Below, in pieces: positions 20,984-33,010 of a DNA stretch of 64,000 bases; the stretch's first letter is position 1, and the number at the start of each line of letters is the position of its first letter. The notes beneath the pieces are model-generated. The model was not told the origin of the DNA. It saw nothing but the letters and a program-made list of their open reading frames with translations, and made no database searches. Source of the DNA: Macrostomum lignano (taxonomy: Eukaryota); assembly GCA_002269645.1 (NCBI GenBank), contig NIVC01000222.1:186001-250000 (forward strand), in the 5' to 3' direction. Position numbers and translations under genes: made by a program.

Positions 20984-21710
20984 GACCCTTCATCTCTGCC
21001 TCAATTGACCCTTCATCTCTGCCCTACCGGGTAATTGACCCTTCATCTCTGCCCTACCGGGTAATTGACCCTTCATCTCTTCCACGATTGACCCTTCACC
21101 TCTGCCCCAATTGACCCTTCATCTCTTCCCCAATTGACCCTTCATGTCTTCCCCAATTGACCCTTCATTTCTGCTTGACCCTTCATCTCTGCCCCCCAAT
21201 TGACCCTTCATCTCTGCCCCAATTGACCCTTCATCGCTTCCTTCAATTGACCCTTCATCTCTGCCCCAATTGACCCTTCATCTCTTCCTTCAATTGATCC
21301 TTCATCTCTGCCCCAATTGACCCTTCATCTCTTCCTTCAATTGACCCTTCATCTCTTCCCCAATTGACCCTTCATGTCTTCCCCAATTGACCCTTCATCT
21401 CTGCCCCTAATTGATCCTTCATCTCTACCCCAATTGACCCTTCATCTCTTCCTTCAATTGACCCTTCATCTCTGCCCCAAATTGACCCTTCATCTCTGCC
21501 CCAATTGACCCTTCATCTCTTCCTTCAATTGATCCTTCATCTCTGCCCCCAATCGACCCTTCAGCTCTTCCACAATTGACCCTTTATCTCTGCCCCTAAT
21601 TGACCCTTCATCTCTGCCCCTAATTGACCCTTCATCTCTGCCCCTAATTGACCCTTCATCTCTTTCTTTAATTGACCCTTCATCTCTGCCCCAATTGACC
21701 CTTCATCTGT
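20984..21710. repeat. 23-25-bp minisatellite (caattgacccttcatctctgccc), about 30 copies
   Basis: Direct tandem array downstream of the CSPP1-like gene. Confidence 0.95.
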
Positions 21711-22613
21711 TACTTGGCTTCCCTCCATCTATCTAAAACAACTCCTATTCCAAACGCGAATGCGTGACTATAAGTGATAATTATTAAAGCTGGTCAAATA
21801 TGCCTCAAAAATTTTCAGCAGCCCTACAATCTGCTGGCCCCGTACGCCATTCAAAAGCAGGCCTGATCCCAAACAACAAGCGGATAGAGAGAGAGAAAGC
21901 TGAAGCTAACAAAGATAATTTCTGAGCAGCTGAATGGCTTGACCAGGGCATGCTGGCATTGGCGTGCACAAGAGAATACTTAAAACTCATTGATTTTGTT
22001 AAAACTGCTTCCTTTATTAACGGTGTTATTTCGAAACTTAAAAAAAGTTTGTTTAATTTTTTTTATCTTTTTCAGCAATTATAAATTGTTTTTAATGCTA
22101 TTGTCAGTCTCTTAAAAGAGTTTTTGTAGTTTTTTGTAGTTTTTTTTCAAACTATTTTAATGACAGCTATGGGTCATTGACAATAAACAGGATTATAACT
22201 ATGGCTATGACCATTTAATGACTTTTTTGTTCATAGTGCTGACAGCTGTTTTGTGTATTTCAATGTATTCATTGTGCGTGTCCTGTCTGGTTCTTTTTGG
22301 CATGAAAAATTATAATGCACTGTTTCTAAACAGCATTATTTATATGATTTGTTGGCTTCTTGAAAACTCCAATATACAGGTAGCTCGTAGATATGTTCGA
22401 AGCATGACGTATTTTCAACTTTTTTTCCGAAACCTGTGTTTCTGAAACTATGAATTATGTTGATAAGAGCGAATTTTGAGTTAGTTACTCATTTTTTTTA
22501 AATACCAAAGACTCGAAGAGATTGAGATTTAGCAGTGGGTAGCAATCAATCACTGAAATCACAATTTAAACACACAAAACTGCAATCGCTCAGCCAAATC
22601 ACAATTTAAATAC

Positions 22614-22938
<325 letters not shown>

Positions 22939-22994
22939 TAAACACACACAGCTGCAATCACTGAAATCACAATTAAACACACAATAATTAAATG

Positions 22995-23250
22995 TCGATT
23001 GGCTGAAATCGTGAGGTGTCATCCCATTGGCTCTCAAGATGTTTGCAAAGAAAGCCAAACCGAATTACAAGAAGTGAGTGGATGGGCGCGGCCAGCACCC
23101 ACGGAACTTATTTAAGCCACCCACACTTATCACTAATCGCAGTTCCAACGTCTCGCTTATCTTTCTGTCCTCTCCGTCCCTGCGCTTTCGGTTAACCCTC
23201 AAACGTGGAATTCTCACTGCGCACATTTCTAACTTGTTTCTATTTATAGA
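22995..23250 (+). promoter_or_regulatory. Candidate MEF2 promoter/5' region: two reverse CCAAT boxes, TATA-like TATTTAA, and a MEF2-binding consensus
   Basis: ATTGG near 22998 and 23026, tatttaag near 23109, CTATTTATAG at 23240-23249; all within 400 bp of the MEF2 ATG. Confidence 0.4.
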
Positions 23251-23388
23251 CATTACGTGTGATAATACCCTTTAATTGGGCTAAAGGTTTCGGCTTCTCG
23301 TGTAAATTCCTTTACAAAACAATATTTGCTAAAGCTTTAGACACGGGTACAGCTGTCTTTTTTTCTGTTGATAATAGCTATCCACAGA

Positions 23389-26300
23389 ATGGGAAGAAAG
23401 AAAATTAAAATCTCGAGAATTGAGGATGAGCGCAATAGACAGGTAAGTTAATTTTGTAATGATTAGTCAATATTTCACTTTTAAAGCTCCTATTCAAAGT
23501 CAGTCAAAACAGAAGTTCTGTAAAATAATAGAAAGGCTGATAAACTGATCTTAAGAACTGTTAAAGAATAATATTTTAGATTAATAAAATCACCTGTTAG
23601 ACACACTAATCACCTGTTAGACACACTAATCACCTGTTAGACACACTAATCACCTGTTAGACACACTAATCACCTGTTAGACACACTAATCACCTGTTAG
23701 ACACACTAATCACCTGTTAGACACACAGATCACCTATTAGACACACTAATCACTTGTTAGACACACTAATCACCTGTTAGACACACAGATCACCTATTAG
23801 ACACACTAATCACTTGTTAGACACACTAATCACCTGTTAGACACACAGATCACCTATTAGACACACTAATCACCTGTTAGACACACTAATCACCTATTAG
23901 ACACACTAATCACCTGTTAGACACACTAATCACCTGTTAGACACACTAATCACCTGTTAGACACACTAATCACCTGTTAGACACACAGATCACCTATTAG
24001 ACACACTAGTCACCTGTTAGACACACTAATCACCTGTTAGACACACTAATCACCTGTTAGACACACTAATCACCTGTTAGACACACTAATCACCTGTTAG
24101 ACACACTAATCACCTGTTAGACACACTAATCACCTGTTAGACACACTAATCACCTGTTAGACACACTAATCACCTATTAGACACACTAATCACTTGTTAG
24201 ACACACTAATCACCTGTTAGACACACTAATCACCTGTTAGACACACTAATCACCTGTTAGACACACTAATCACCTGTTAGACACACTAATCACCTGTTAG
24301 ACACACAGATCACCTATTAGACACACTAATCACCTGTTAGACACACTAATCACCTATTAGACACACTAATCACCTATTAGACACACTAATCACCTGTTAG
24401 ACACACTAATCACCTGTTAGACACACTAATCACCTGTTAGACACACAGATCACCTATTAGACACACTAATCACCTGTTAGACACACTAATCACCTGTTAG
24501 ACACACTAATCACCTGTTAGACACACTAATCACCTGTTAGACACACAGATCACCTGTTAGACACACTAATCACCTGTTAGACACACTAATCACCTGTTAG
24601 ACACACTAATCACCTGTTAGACACACAGATCACCTGTTAGACACACTAATCACCTATTAGACACACTAATCACCTGTTAGACACACAGATCACCTATTAG
24701 ACACACTAATCACTTGTTAGACACACTAATCACCTGTTAGACACACTAATCACCTGTTAGACACACTAATCACTTGTTAGACACACTAATCACCTGTTAG
24801 ACACACTAATCACCTGTTAGACACACAGATCACCTGTTAGACACACTAATCACCTGCTAGACACACTAATCACCTGTTAGACACACTAATCACCTGTTAG
24901 ACACACTAATCACTTGTTAGACACACTAATCACCTGTTAGAAATAATCGGTTATTTTTCAACAAAATCGCCAAACACAGGTGACATTCACGAAGCGAAAG
25001 TTCGGTCTAATGAAGAAGGCCTATGAACTGTCTGTGCTCTGCGACTGCGAGATCGCCCTGGTGGTGTTCAATAATAGCAACCGGCTGTTCCAGTACGCCA
25101 GCACCGATATGGACAAGGTGCTACTAAAGTACACCGAGTTCAATGAGCCATACGAGAGCCGAACTAACAAGGATATTGAGGAGGTAATTTCTGCGCATTT
25201 CTTCTGCTGCTTGAGAAAAATGAAAGTTTTCTAAGTACATTGCACCTAAAAGCGTTTCACGTACCTGAGCCTCACTCTCTGACTCACTTGGGTTTCACTG
25301 TTTGTCTCACTCTCTGTCTCACTCTCTGTCTCACTGTCTCACTCTCTGTCTGACTGTCTCACTCTCTGTCTGACTGTCTCACTCTCTCTGTCTGTCTCAC
25401 TCTCTGTCTGTCTCACTCTCTGTCTCACTCTCTGTCTCACTCTCTGTCTCACTCTCTGTCTCACTGTCTCACTCTCTGTCTGACTGTCTCACTCTCTGTC
25501 TTACTCTCTGTCTCACTCTCTGTCTTACTCTCTGTCTTACTCTCTGTCTCACTCTCTGTCTTACTCTTTGTCTCACTCTCTGTCTTACTCTCTGTCTCAC
25601 TCTCTGTCTCACTCTCTGTCTCACTGTCTCACTCTCTGTCTGACTGTCTCACTCTCTGTCTTACTCTCTGTCTCACTCTCTGTCTTACTCTCTGTCTTAC
25701 TCTCTGTCTCACTCTCTGTCTTACTCTCTGTCTCACTCTCTGTCTTACTCTCTGTCTCACTCTCTGTCTCATTCTCTGTCTCACTCTCTGTCTTACTCTC
25801 TGTCTCACTCTCTGTCTCACTCTCTGTCTCACTCTCTGTCTGACTGTCTCACTCTCTGTCTGACTGTCTCACTCTCTGTCTTACTCTCTCACGGCAAGCA
25901 GCAGTCTGCACTGACGATATAGCCAAATAAATGCAGAGACACCCATAGTGAGGCCTCCACAATATGATATTTATATATTTCTAACAAATGACCAATAGGC
26001 GCAAGCATGGATGGCCCGAAACGGAAGCATCGCAAAGACAGATAAACAGGCAATTATTATTATGGGTTACAAAGCGGATCTACTAGGTCTGGCACATCCA
26101 GATAAACTGGCAGTCAATCTTGATCAACATATGCTGGCAACCGCGGGCTAACAATTTAATGCAGACAGCAACAATGTTAAATTAGTTAGTTTCGTTTAGC
26201 CTAAACTTTCGCTTAAATAATGAATCAACAGAAGTATCAGTAAACTTTTAAAGGCAAATTTTCCAAGGTTTTTGTTGTCTTTGTTTAAACAGAGGTGAAC

Positions 26301-27630
26301 AGAGTTTTGGTTTCACTTCCGCCTGTAAGCTGCACAAATGCTTATAGTTTAGATAACATCTGGGCTGTGCTAAGGACAACCGAAGTAGAAGCTCGCTGTG
26401 CCGTCCAATATGTAGGCTGCTGGTTGCTTTTTCTAGCCCTAAATTTCCAATATCTCACCTTCTGGACTTCCAAATTCCTGGACAGTCAATTATACTGTAG
26501 ATACATACTATATTCTCATACTGTAGATCCGATCTGAGAATATGACAGTCAATTACAGTTTACTGTAAATCCAATCTGAGAATATGGCAGTCAATTACAG
26601 TTGGCTGTAGATCCAATCTGAGAATATGACAGTCAATTACAGTTTACTGTAGATCCAATCTGAGAATATGACAGTCAATTACAGTTTACTGTAGATCCAA
26701 TCTGAGAATATGACAGTCAATTACAGTTTACTGTTAATCCAATCTGAGAATATGACAGTCAATTACAGTTTACTGTTAATCCAATCTGAGAATATGACAG
26801 TCAATTACAGTTTACTGTTAATCCAATCTGAGAATATGACAGTCAATTACAGTTTACTGTAATCCAATCTGAGAATATGACAGTCAATTACAGTTTACTG
26901 TAATCCAATCTGAGAATATGACAGTCAATTACAGTTCGCTGTAGAGTGAATCTCAGAAAATGACAGTCAATTACAGTTTGCTGTAGAGTGAATCTCAGAA
27001 TATGACAGTCAATTACAGTTTGCTGTAGAGTGAATCTCAGAATATGACAGTCAATTACAGTTTGCTGTAGAGTGAATCTCAGAATATGACAGTCAATTAC
27101 AGTTTGCTGTAGAGTGAATCTCAGAATATGACAGTCGATTACTTTTTGCTGTAGAGTGAATCTCAGAATATAACAGTGAATCTTAGAATCACAGTCCAAA
27201 TTCGACTCGAAAATTTCAGATGATCAATCGAAAAGAGGACAGGAAGGACTCACAGGACGCGGATCAGGACAGCTGCAGTTCGTATCCAATTCCAGAACAG
27301 CCAGGGCACCATCAGCCCTATGATGTTTCGACAAGTTACGGTCTGGAATTTCCCGGAACTCAAACTCCCAGATTTCCGCATTCGAGTCTTCAACAACAGC
27401 AGCAGCAGGAGCAGCATCAATCCTTGATTGCTTCGTCAACTTGGCAAGAAGTGAAAGACGAGCCGCAGAGATATCAAATCCTAGGACTGCAGCAGCATCG
27501 TCAGCTGCATCAGTCAAGCTACCAATCCGCGCCTGCAACCTCTAATTGCCTAGCAACGCCCTTGACAACGTACGTATTCGAGGAGGAGGAAAGTACGCCG
27601 TCGAAAAGACGTAGATTGGACTTTGACTGA
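23389..27630 (+). CDS. MEF2: Myocyte enhancer factor 2 (MADS-box plus MEF2 domain), 222 aa
   Basis: Exons 23389-23442 ([18 protein letters not shown]), 24980-25183 ([27 protein letters not shown]...[26 protein letters not shown]) and 27220-27630 (MINRKE...SKRRRLDFD*). All junctions phase 0 with GT-AG ends. Confidence 0.93.
23591..24940. repeat. 20-bp minisatellite (cacctgttagacacactaat), about 67 copies
   Basis: Fills most of the MEF2 intron within the MADS box; point variants only, no spacers. Confidence 0.97.
25270..25888. repeat. 12-bp (tctcactctctg)n repeat
   Basis: In MEF2 intron 2. Confidence 0.95.
26520..27175. repeat. 42-bp minisatellite, about 15 copies, in two sub-types
   Basis: gaatatgacagtcaattacagtttactgtagatccaatctga switches to a ...gctgtagagtgaatctca variant near 26935; ends about 45 bp before MEF2 exon 3. 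Confidence 0.93.
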
Positions 27631-27759
27631 AGCCAGGAACTGAGCAAACAAAAAAGTGGTCAGAGACACAATTGACTGCTGTTTTTTTTCTCTGAACTCT
27701 GCTCGATTTTTCTGTATTCGTCCCTTCCTTAATGCTTTTGTTTGGCTGTAATAAATTCC

Positions 27760-28032
27760 CCAGATTGGTGCCCTTTAATTCCAGATTGGCGCCATTTAAT
27801 TCCCCAGTTTGGTGCCATTTAATTCCCTACTTCGGTGCTATTTAGTTCCCTAGTTTGGCGCCATTTAATCCCCCAATTTGGCCCTATTTAATTCCCTATT
27901 TTGGCGCCATTTAATATCCCCCCCCAGTTTGGCGCCAACAAATGTTCTGGTTTGGTGCCATTTAATTCGCCGTTTAGCGCCATATAATGCTTCAGTTTAG
28001 CGCCATTTAATGCCATCCGTTTGGCGCCATTC
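27760..28032. repeat. Degenerate ~23-bp tandem repeat (ttggcgccatttaattcccc)
   Basis: About 11 imperfect units downstream of the MEF2 stop. Confidence 0.8.
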
Positions 28033-28629
28033 AGTTTAACAGATAAGCCTACTGTTCCAGGAAAAGTTTTTAAACCTGTTTACCAATACTTACTTGTATC
28101 GATAGAAAATGATTTTTTTCTGACACATTTTCTGAAAGCATAAGCTTTTGCTGCAATGTACTTTTAGCAAAGTTTTGCCCATAGAAATGGTCAACATCCT
28201 GTATGGGCTGTAAAATAAGATTAATTTGTTGCATATTACGAGCGTAATCATTATAATGTATAGAAATGCCTTATTCCGTTGGGTATCCTCCAATCCTTAC
28301 TATGTACATGGATTTTGTTTGCTAGTAACAGTACATTAAGGCAGTACATACATGTAAAGGCAAATTACTTAATTCAAGTTTATATTCTGTTGATTTTACA
28401 CTGTATATTGTCGTTGTTTAGAACGATAGTCACAATTTGACTATAAATTTCTTTTTTGTTTCAGTTTTTTTTTCAATTTGTTTCAATTTTTTGTGTTTTT
28501 GATGATTAATTTTGATGATTTTTCTGTTTTGAGCTGCAAATAAATACCAAATAAAAATTGAATTCACAGTCTTAAATATTTATTATTCATGTTGTTAATT
28601 AAAAGATCCAGTGAAGAATAACCATTAAA

Positions 28630-29075
28630 TCAGTATTAGCCACAGCAACAGAACTGGTCTCGGCCATAGACAACAAAAGCCAATCAAAGCCACTGATATA
28701 TTCCTGCACGGTCACGAGTGCGGGAATGACATCTGCACGAGTGCGCGCTAGCGCACGAGTGCACGATGTCCTTCACGCACGAGTGAACGTGAAGGAATTC
28801 CATTGTCGGATGATTCATCGTGCAGGAATGCATTTCTGCGCCTAATGCTTTTTCAGTGAGATTTTACCATAGACATCCATTCCTGCACGCAAAAGAGTGC
28901 AAGAATGCCATTCTTGCATGGAAAATCAGCCGACAATGACACAGAACTGCTCTCGGCCATAGACAACAAAAGCCAATCAAAGCCACTGACACAGAACTGC
29001 TCTCGGCCATAGACAACAAAAGCCAATCAAAGCCACTGACACAGAACTGCTCTCGGCCATAGACAATAAAGCTAA
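28630..29075. repeat. 50-bp repeat (cacagaactgctctcggccatagacaacaaaagccaatcaaagccactga), about 4 copies, first separated by a ~240-bp insert
   Basis: Copies near 28647, 28940, 28990 and 29040. Confidence 0.85.
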
Positions 29076-29365
29076 TAAAGGGGCACAGGGAGTGACGATC
29101 AGAAGGTCAGGTCCGCTGCAAATCATGTCTGGGATTTTCGATTTCGTTGGATTTATCATCACTAGCTGGATTTGAGGATTTTTTTCAAAAAAACCTACAT
29201 GTACTTAACATCCAAAAAACCAAAACATACATTTATTGCTGAAAATAATCAGCTGCATCAGTTCTTGCTACTCAAATTGCAAGTGATTATTAATATGACA
29301 AGCATGATGAGTTTCCGCATTTGATTTTGAGCCAAGGACTCAAGCTTACTTTTTCTATAAATGAA

Positions 29366-29550
29366 GGTTGTAGCCTATTGGTTAGAGCGTCGGACTCGCG
29401 ACTTGAAGGTCGGGGGTTCGATTCTGTCCTTAAGCAAGACACTTAACTCTGCATTGCTTCAGTTCACCCAGCTGTAAAATGGGTGCCAGCATTAGCTGGG
29501 GTAATTGAGGGTGTGTGTGGCGACCCCCCCCCCCAGTCCTAGGACTGTAC
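29366..29550 (+). mobile_element. tRNA-derived SINE family A, internally deleted
   Basis: A-box tagcctattggttagagc, B-box ggttcgatt, CORE-like body as in the 40045 copy. Confidence 0.85.
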
Positions 29551-29932
29551 TTGGTGTTATCAATTATAATTTATTATTATTCACGTAAATTTCGTTTAGA
29601 TGAGTGCATGATGTTCAAATTTAAATCGAAATGAGATCACTCGGCCGTCATTTGTTCTGTTAGGGCGGTCCAGCAGTCCGAGGTTCTTTCCTGACCGCCT
29701 GAAGCTACAGCGTTGTTCTAGGCAGTGGTCCTGACCGTCCTGGACCGTGACAACGCTGAGACCCATGCAAAACTGAAGTATACAAGGATGCTACACGGCC
29801 GATTTCCTAGGAGTAAGCTGGATGCTGATAGAGAACGAATATGTCTATATAGCTAGTGCAATTAGATCCACGTAAAAGTTCTACGGGAACATCATGAGTC
29901 GTTATTCTGATCGAAATTACAAACCTTTTGAA

Positions 29933-30245
29933 ACTGCAACAACAACAACAACAGAATACGCAGGTTAGCGTCACAGGGCGCGCTTCAAGGCCAGGTCGTG
30001 GATGAACGCCATGCCGCCGGCCGAATCCGGGGCGCCGGCGTCAGCCAGCAGGCAGTCGATGAAACGCCGAGTGCGCGCCTGTCCCCGCCGGTAGGGTGCC
30101 TGCAGCGTCAGCAGCAGCACCTCCTGCACCCACCGGCTCTGGGCAGTCCGACTCGGCGCGGATGATGTGGCCTGCCAGCTGGAGTCGCCGACGCCGCAGC
30201 AGGTCGCTTGGACGGACCAGGCCGGCGCGGCGATACAAAGCCGAT
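29933..30245 (-). mobile_element. 5'-truncated 3' end of the RTE-type LINE
   Basis: Minus strand reads RPSDLLRRRRLQLAGHIIRAES..LLLTLQAPYRRGQARTRRFIDCLLADAGA..*, matching 11100-11320; (TGT)n tail at 29935-29952. Confidence 0.85.
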
Positions 30246-30571
30246 CTTTAGCATCTTCAGCATGAAACTTCAATATGATGTAAAGAATCTAGCTATCTAT
30301 TCAAATAAATCTGTTATGTTTTCTCGGTTAATTTCCATGCTTACATGAATAAAGTTCGAAGAAAAGTGGACTGCGGTGGAGATTAGCCACACCTGTAGAT
30401 TTAAGTTTTTTTCTAAAAAAATCGAATGACATGAAGTAGGCTTTCACCATAGACAAATTGGACTACGAAAATTAACCTTAAATGCACATAAGGCATTGAA
30501 TCAGATGACCTTTCGCCAGAAATTTGTGTTGCTGCTGGTGGGTCTATGGTCGTATGTAGCTACGATGTATA

Positions 30572-31046
30572 GCTTTTGTCGGGCTCTATGGAACAGTGGG
30601 CATGCAAAAGGAAAGGGCTATAGAATTTTATGGCTTGAATTAACTTACGAAAGCAAGCCATAGACAACCCGATTTGTCATGCACTGGAACGATGAGCCAG
30701 AATAGAAGGAACGATTTGAATTTTATTTGAGGAAAGAATAAAAAAACTGAATCAATAAAGCCTACTTTGTCACAGATTGAAAGCATCAAAATTTACAAAA
30801 ACCAACTCTCAAAACTGATGTCGCTGCAGAGTCTGCTAGTGCTAAATGGCAGCTTCGAACCTGCAGTCTTGTTTTTTTTAGAATCTTGACCACATTCGGT
30901 GAACATTGAATCGGATACTCTTACACAACCCTTCGTCGACAGTCTAAGGCGGCGACGATGTGCTGTCGATCATGTACAGAAATTTAAATAGAGCTTAAAT
31001 CCGTTCCGTTTCGCATGCCCACTGTTCCACATAGCACGACAGAAGC
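30572..31046. mobile_element. Possible MITE bounded by ~42-bp imperfect inverted repeats
   Basis: 30572-30612 versus the reverse complement of 31005-31046 share ggaacagtgggcatgc and about 36/42 positions; no TSD found. Confidence 0.5.
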
Positions 31047-31069
31047 AATATTTGATCAACTTTGATAAC

Positions 31070-31560
31070 AAGGAATATTGCACTTGATAAACCAAGGATT
31101 ATTGCACTCGATAAGCCAAGGATTATTGCACTAGATTAGAAAGGGCTATTGCACTAGCTGAGACATCGATTTTTGGACTTGATGAGTAAAGGATTATTGC
31201 ACTAGCTGAGAAGCTGATTATTGCGCTGTCTAAAAAAGAGATTATTGCGCTCACTGAGACGTGGATTGTTGCACAACCTGAGAAAGCGATTATTGCATTA
31301 GCGGAGGTAACATTTGCACTTGCTGTCTCGCGTATGCTTGCTATCTGGAGGATGCTTGCTCTCGAGGGGGGATACTTGCTATTTTGGAGGGGGGTACTGG
31401 CTACATGTATGGGATTCTTTCTATCCAGGGATGCTTGCTATTTAGGGATTCTTGCTATCTGCAGGATGCTTGCTGTCTGGGGTGATGCTTGCTATGAGCA
31501 TTAGAGGATGCTTGCTATCTGCGGTTGTTTACTTTTGGAGGGGGGTGCTTGCTGTCTTGG
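31070..31560. repeat. Two adjacent degenerate tandem arrays (gattattgcact.g; gatgcttgctat)
   Basis: Recurrent motifs at roughly 25-bp and 20-bp spacing with low identity. Confidence 0.6.
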
Positions 31561-32077
31561 GAATATTTTCCATTTAGGGGAAGCTATATTTCGTTGTCTG
31601 TTTGTTAATTTTAGAGAAAAAGTGATTCTTTCACTTTTTAAACATCTTTGTCCGTGACAATTTTACCCGAATACAAGCTAAGGTGATTTTTAAAAGTGAA
31701 GAAGGAATTGGTGTTTAAGAAAATTTGCTTTTTTATTGTTTTCCATGAACTATTTTTGCTCCTTTCTTATTGGGCGCCCCAAAGGGGGGCCGCGCTAGAT
31801 TGCTAGTTTGAACTAAACACGCATGCGTTCACTTGCTTCATACACAACTTTAGGCCCTTAGAAGAAGGATAGGAACAAGCCAATTTTACTTTAAAAGATA
31901 AAAACAAAACAATTTGTCTGACTTAGCGTATTTTAAGGCAATAAAGCATTTAATAACATTTCCAAAATTTTAAAATGTTGTAAAACATTGAAATGTTTGT
32001 AACGATTTAGCAAACTTCAATCCTTAATAAAACTTCAATATCTTAACGATTCCCATGTAAATCGGAATGTTTATGTA

Positions 32078-32589
32078 TGTTTGAACGGGAGTACGACGTT
32101 TGCTTGCCGAACTTTGCTTGCCGAACTTTTCTTGCAGGAAATTTGCTTGCAGGAATTTTGCTTGCCGAAGTTTGCTTGGAGGAACTTTGCCTGCCGAACT
32201 TTGAGTATCCGAGCGTTGGGTATCCTTACGAGTCATGATATATGTAGCAATTCACAGATCGGTGGTACAGTCTTTTGCAAAAAATCTATTCTGTACAGTT
32301 CACTGCCTAAATCATTAGATATGTGCATTGTTCGAAATCGTGTTTAATTTTTTGTTGAAAATATATTCATAGTAAAAAACTAAATTATTCCATTTCTGCG
32401 TTAGGGCTTTTCAAATCCGCCATATCCTCATACAAAATCATAACACTATAGGCGACTTCCACGAATCTTATAAAATGAAAATTAGAAATACACAAGAACT
32501 CAAAAATAGGTTCTTTGAGAGCAAGAAAACTTTGGCTGGCAAACCTCGGCAAGCAAAGTTCGGCAAGCAAAGTTCGGCCCGTTTAAACA
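32078..32589. mobile_element. Fold-back/MITE-like element with subterminal tandem repeats
   Basis: Left tgtttgaacggg..(tttgcttgccgaac)n; right (gttcggcaagcaaa)n..cccgtttaaaca is its reverse complement. No TSD seen. Confidence 0.65.
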
Positions 32590-33010
32590 CTTCACAAGCA
32601 GAAATATTTTTGTTTTGTCTGAGAAAAAAAGCATTTTGTTTAGCTCTTTTTTTCAAAAGAAGTACTTTAGCGAAAGATACAGCGCTGTTATTCAATTCAG
32701 TTGAGTGATAATAGTTGTCTATCTGAATTCTGCTTATGCAAACTTGCATAGCGCTTATATACAGCAAGTTTTCTTATCAAGTTGCACAACCATATCTTCT
32801 AGAAGACCTGGCGGCAGCCGAATATGTAGTTCAGTGGCCTAGATTTTAGCCCGAGTCTGCCCAAACCATGCACTGATAAGGATAAGACAACTCCACTGAC
32901 ATTCGTGATTTTAATAGCAAATCGCGAACCGTTTGCAATCTGCCAAGCGCTTCGACTTTGTTATGGTATTTCTCAGCTGGTGCTAACTAGGAAATTTTTC
33001 AGTGCCAGAC

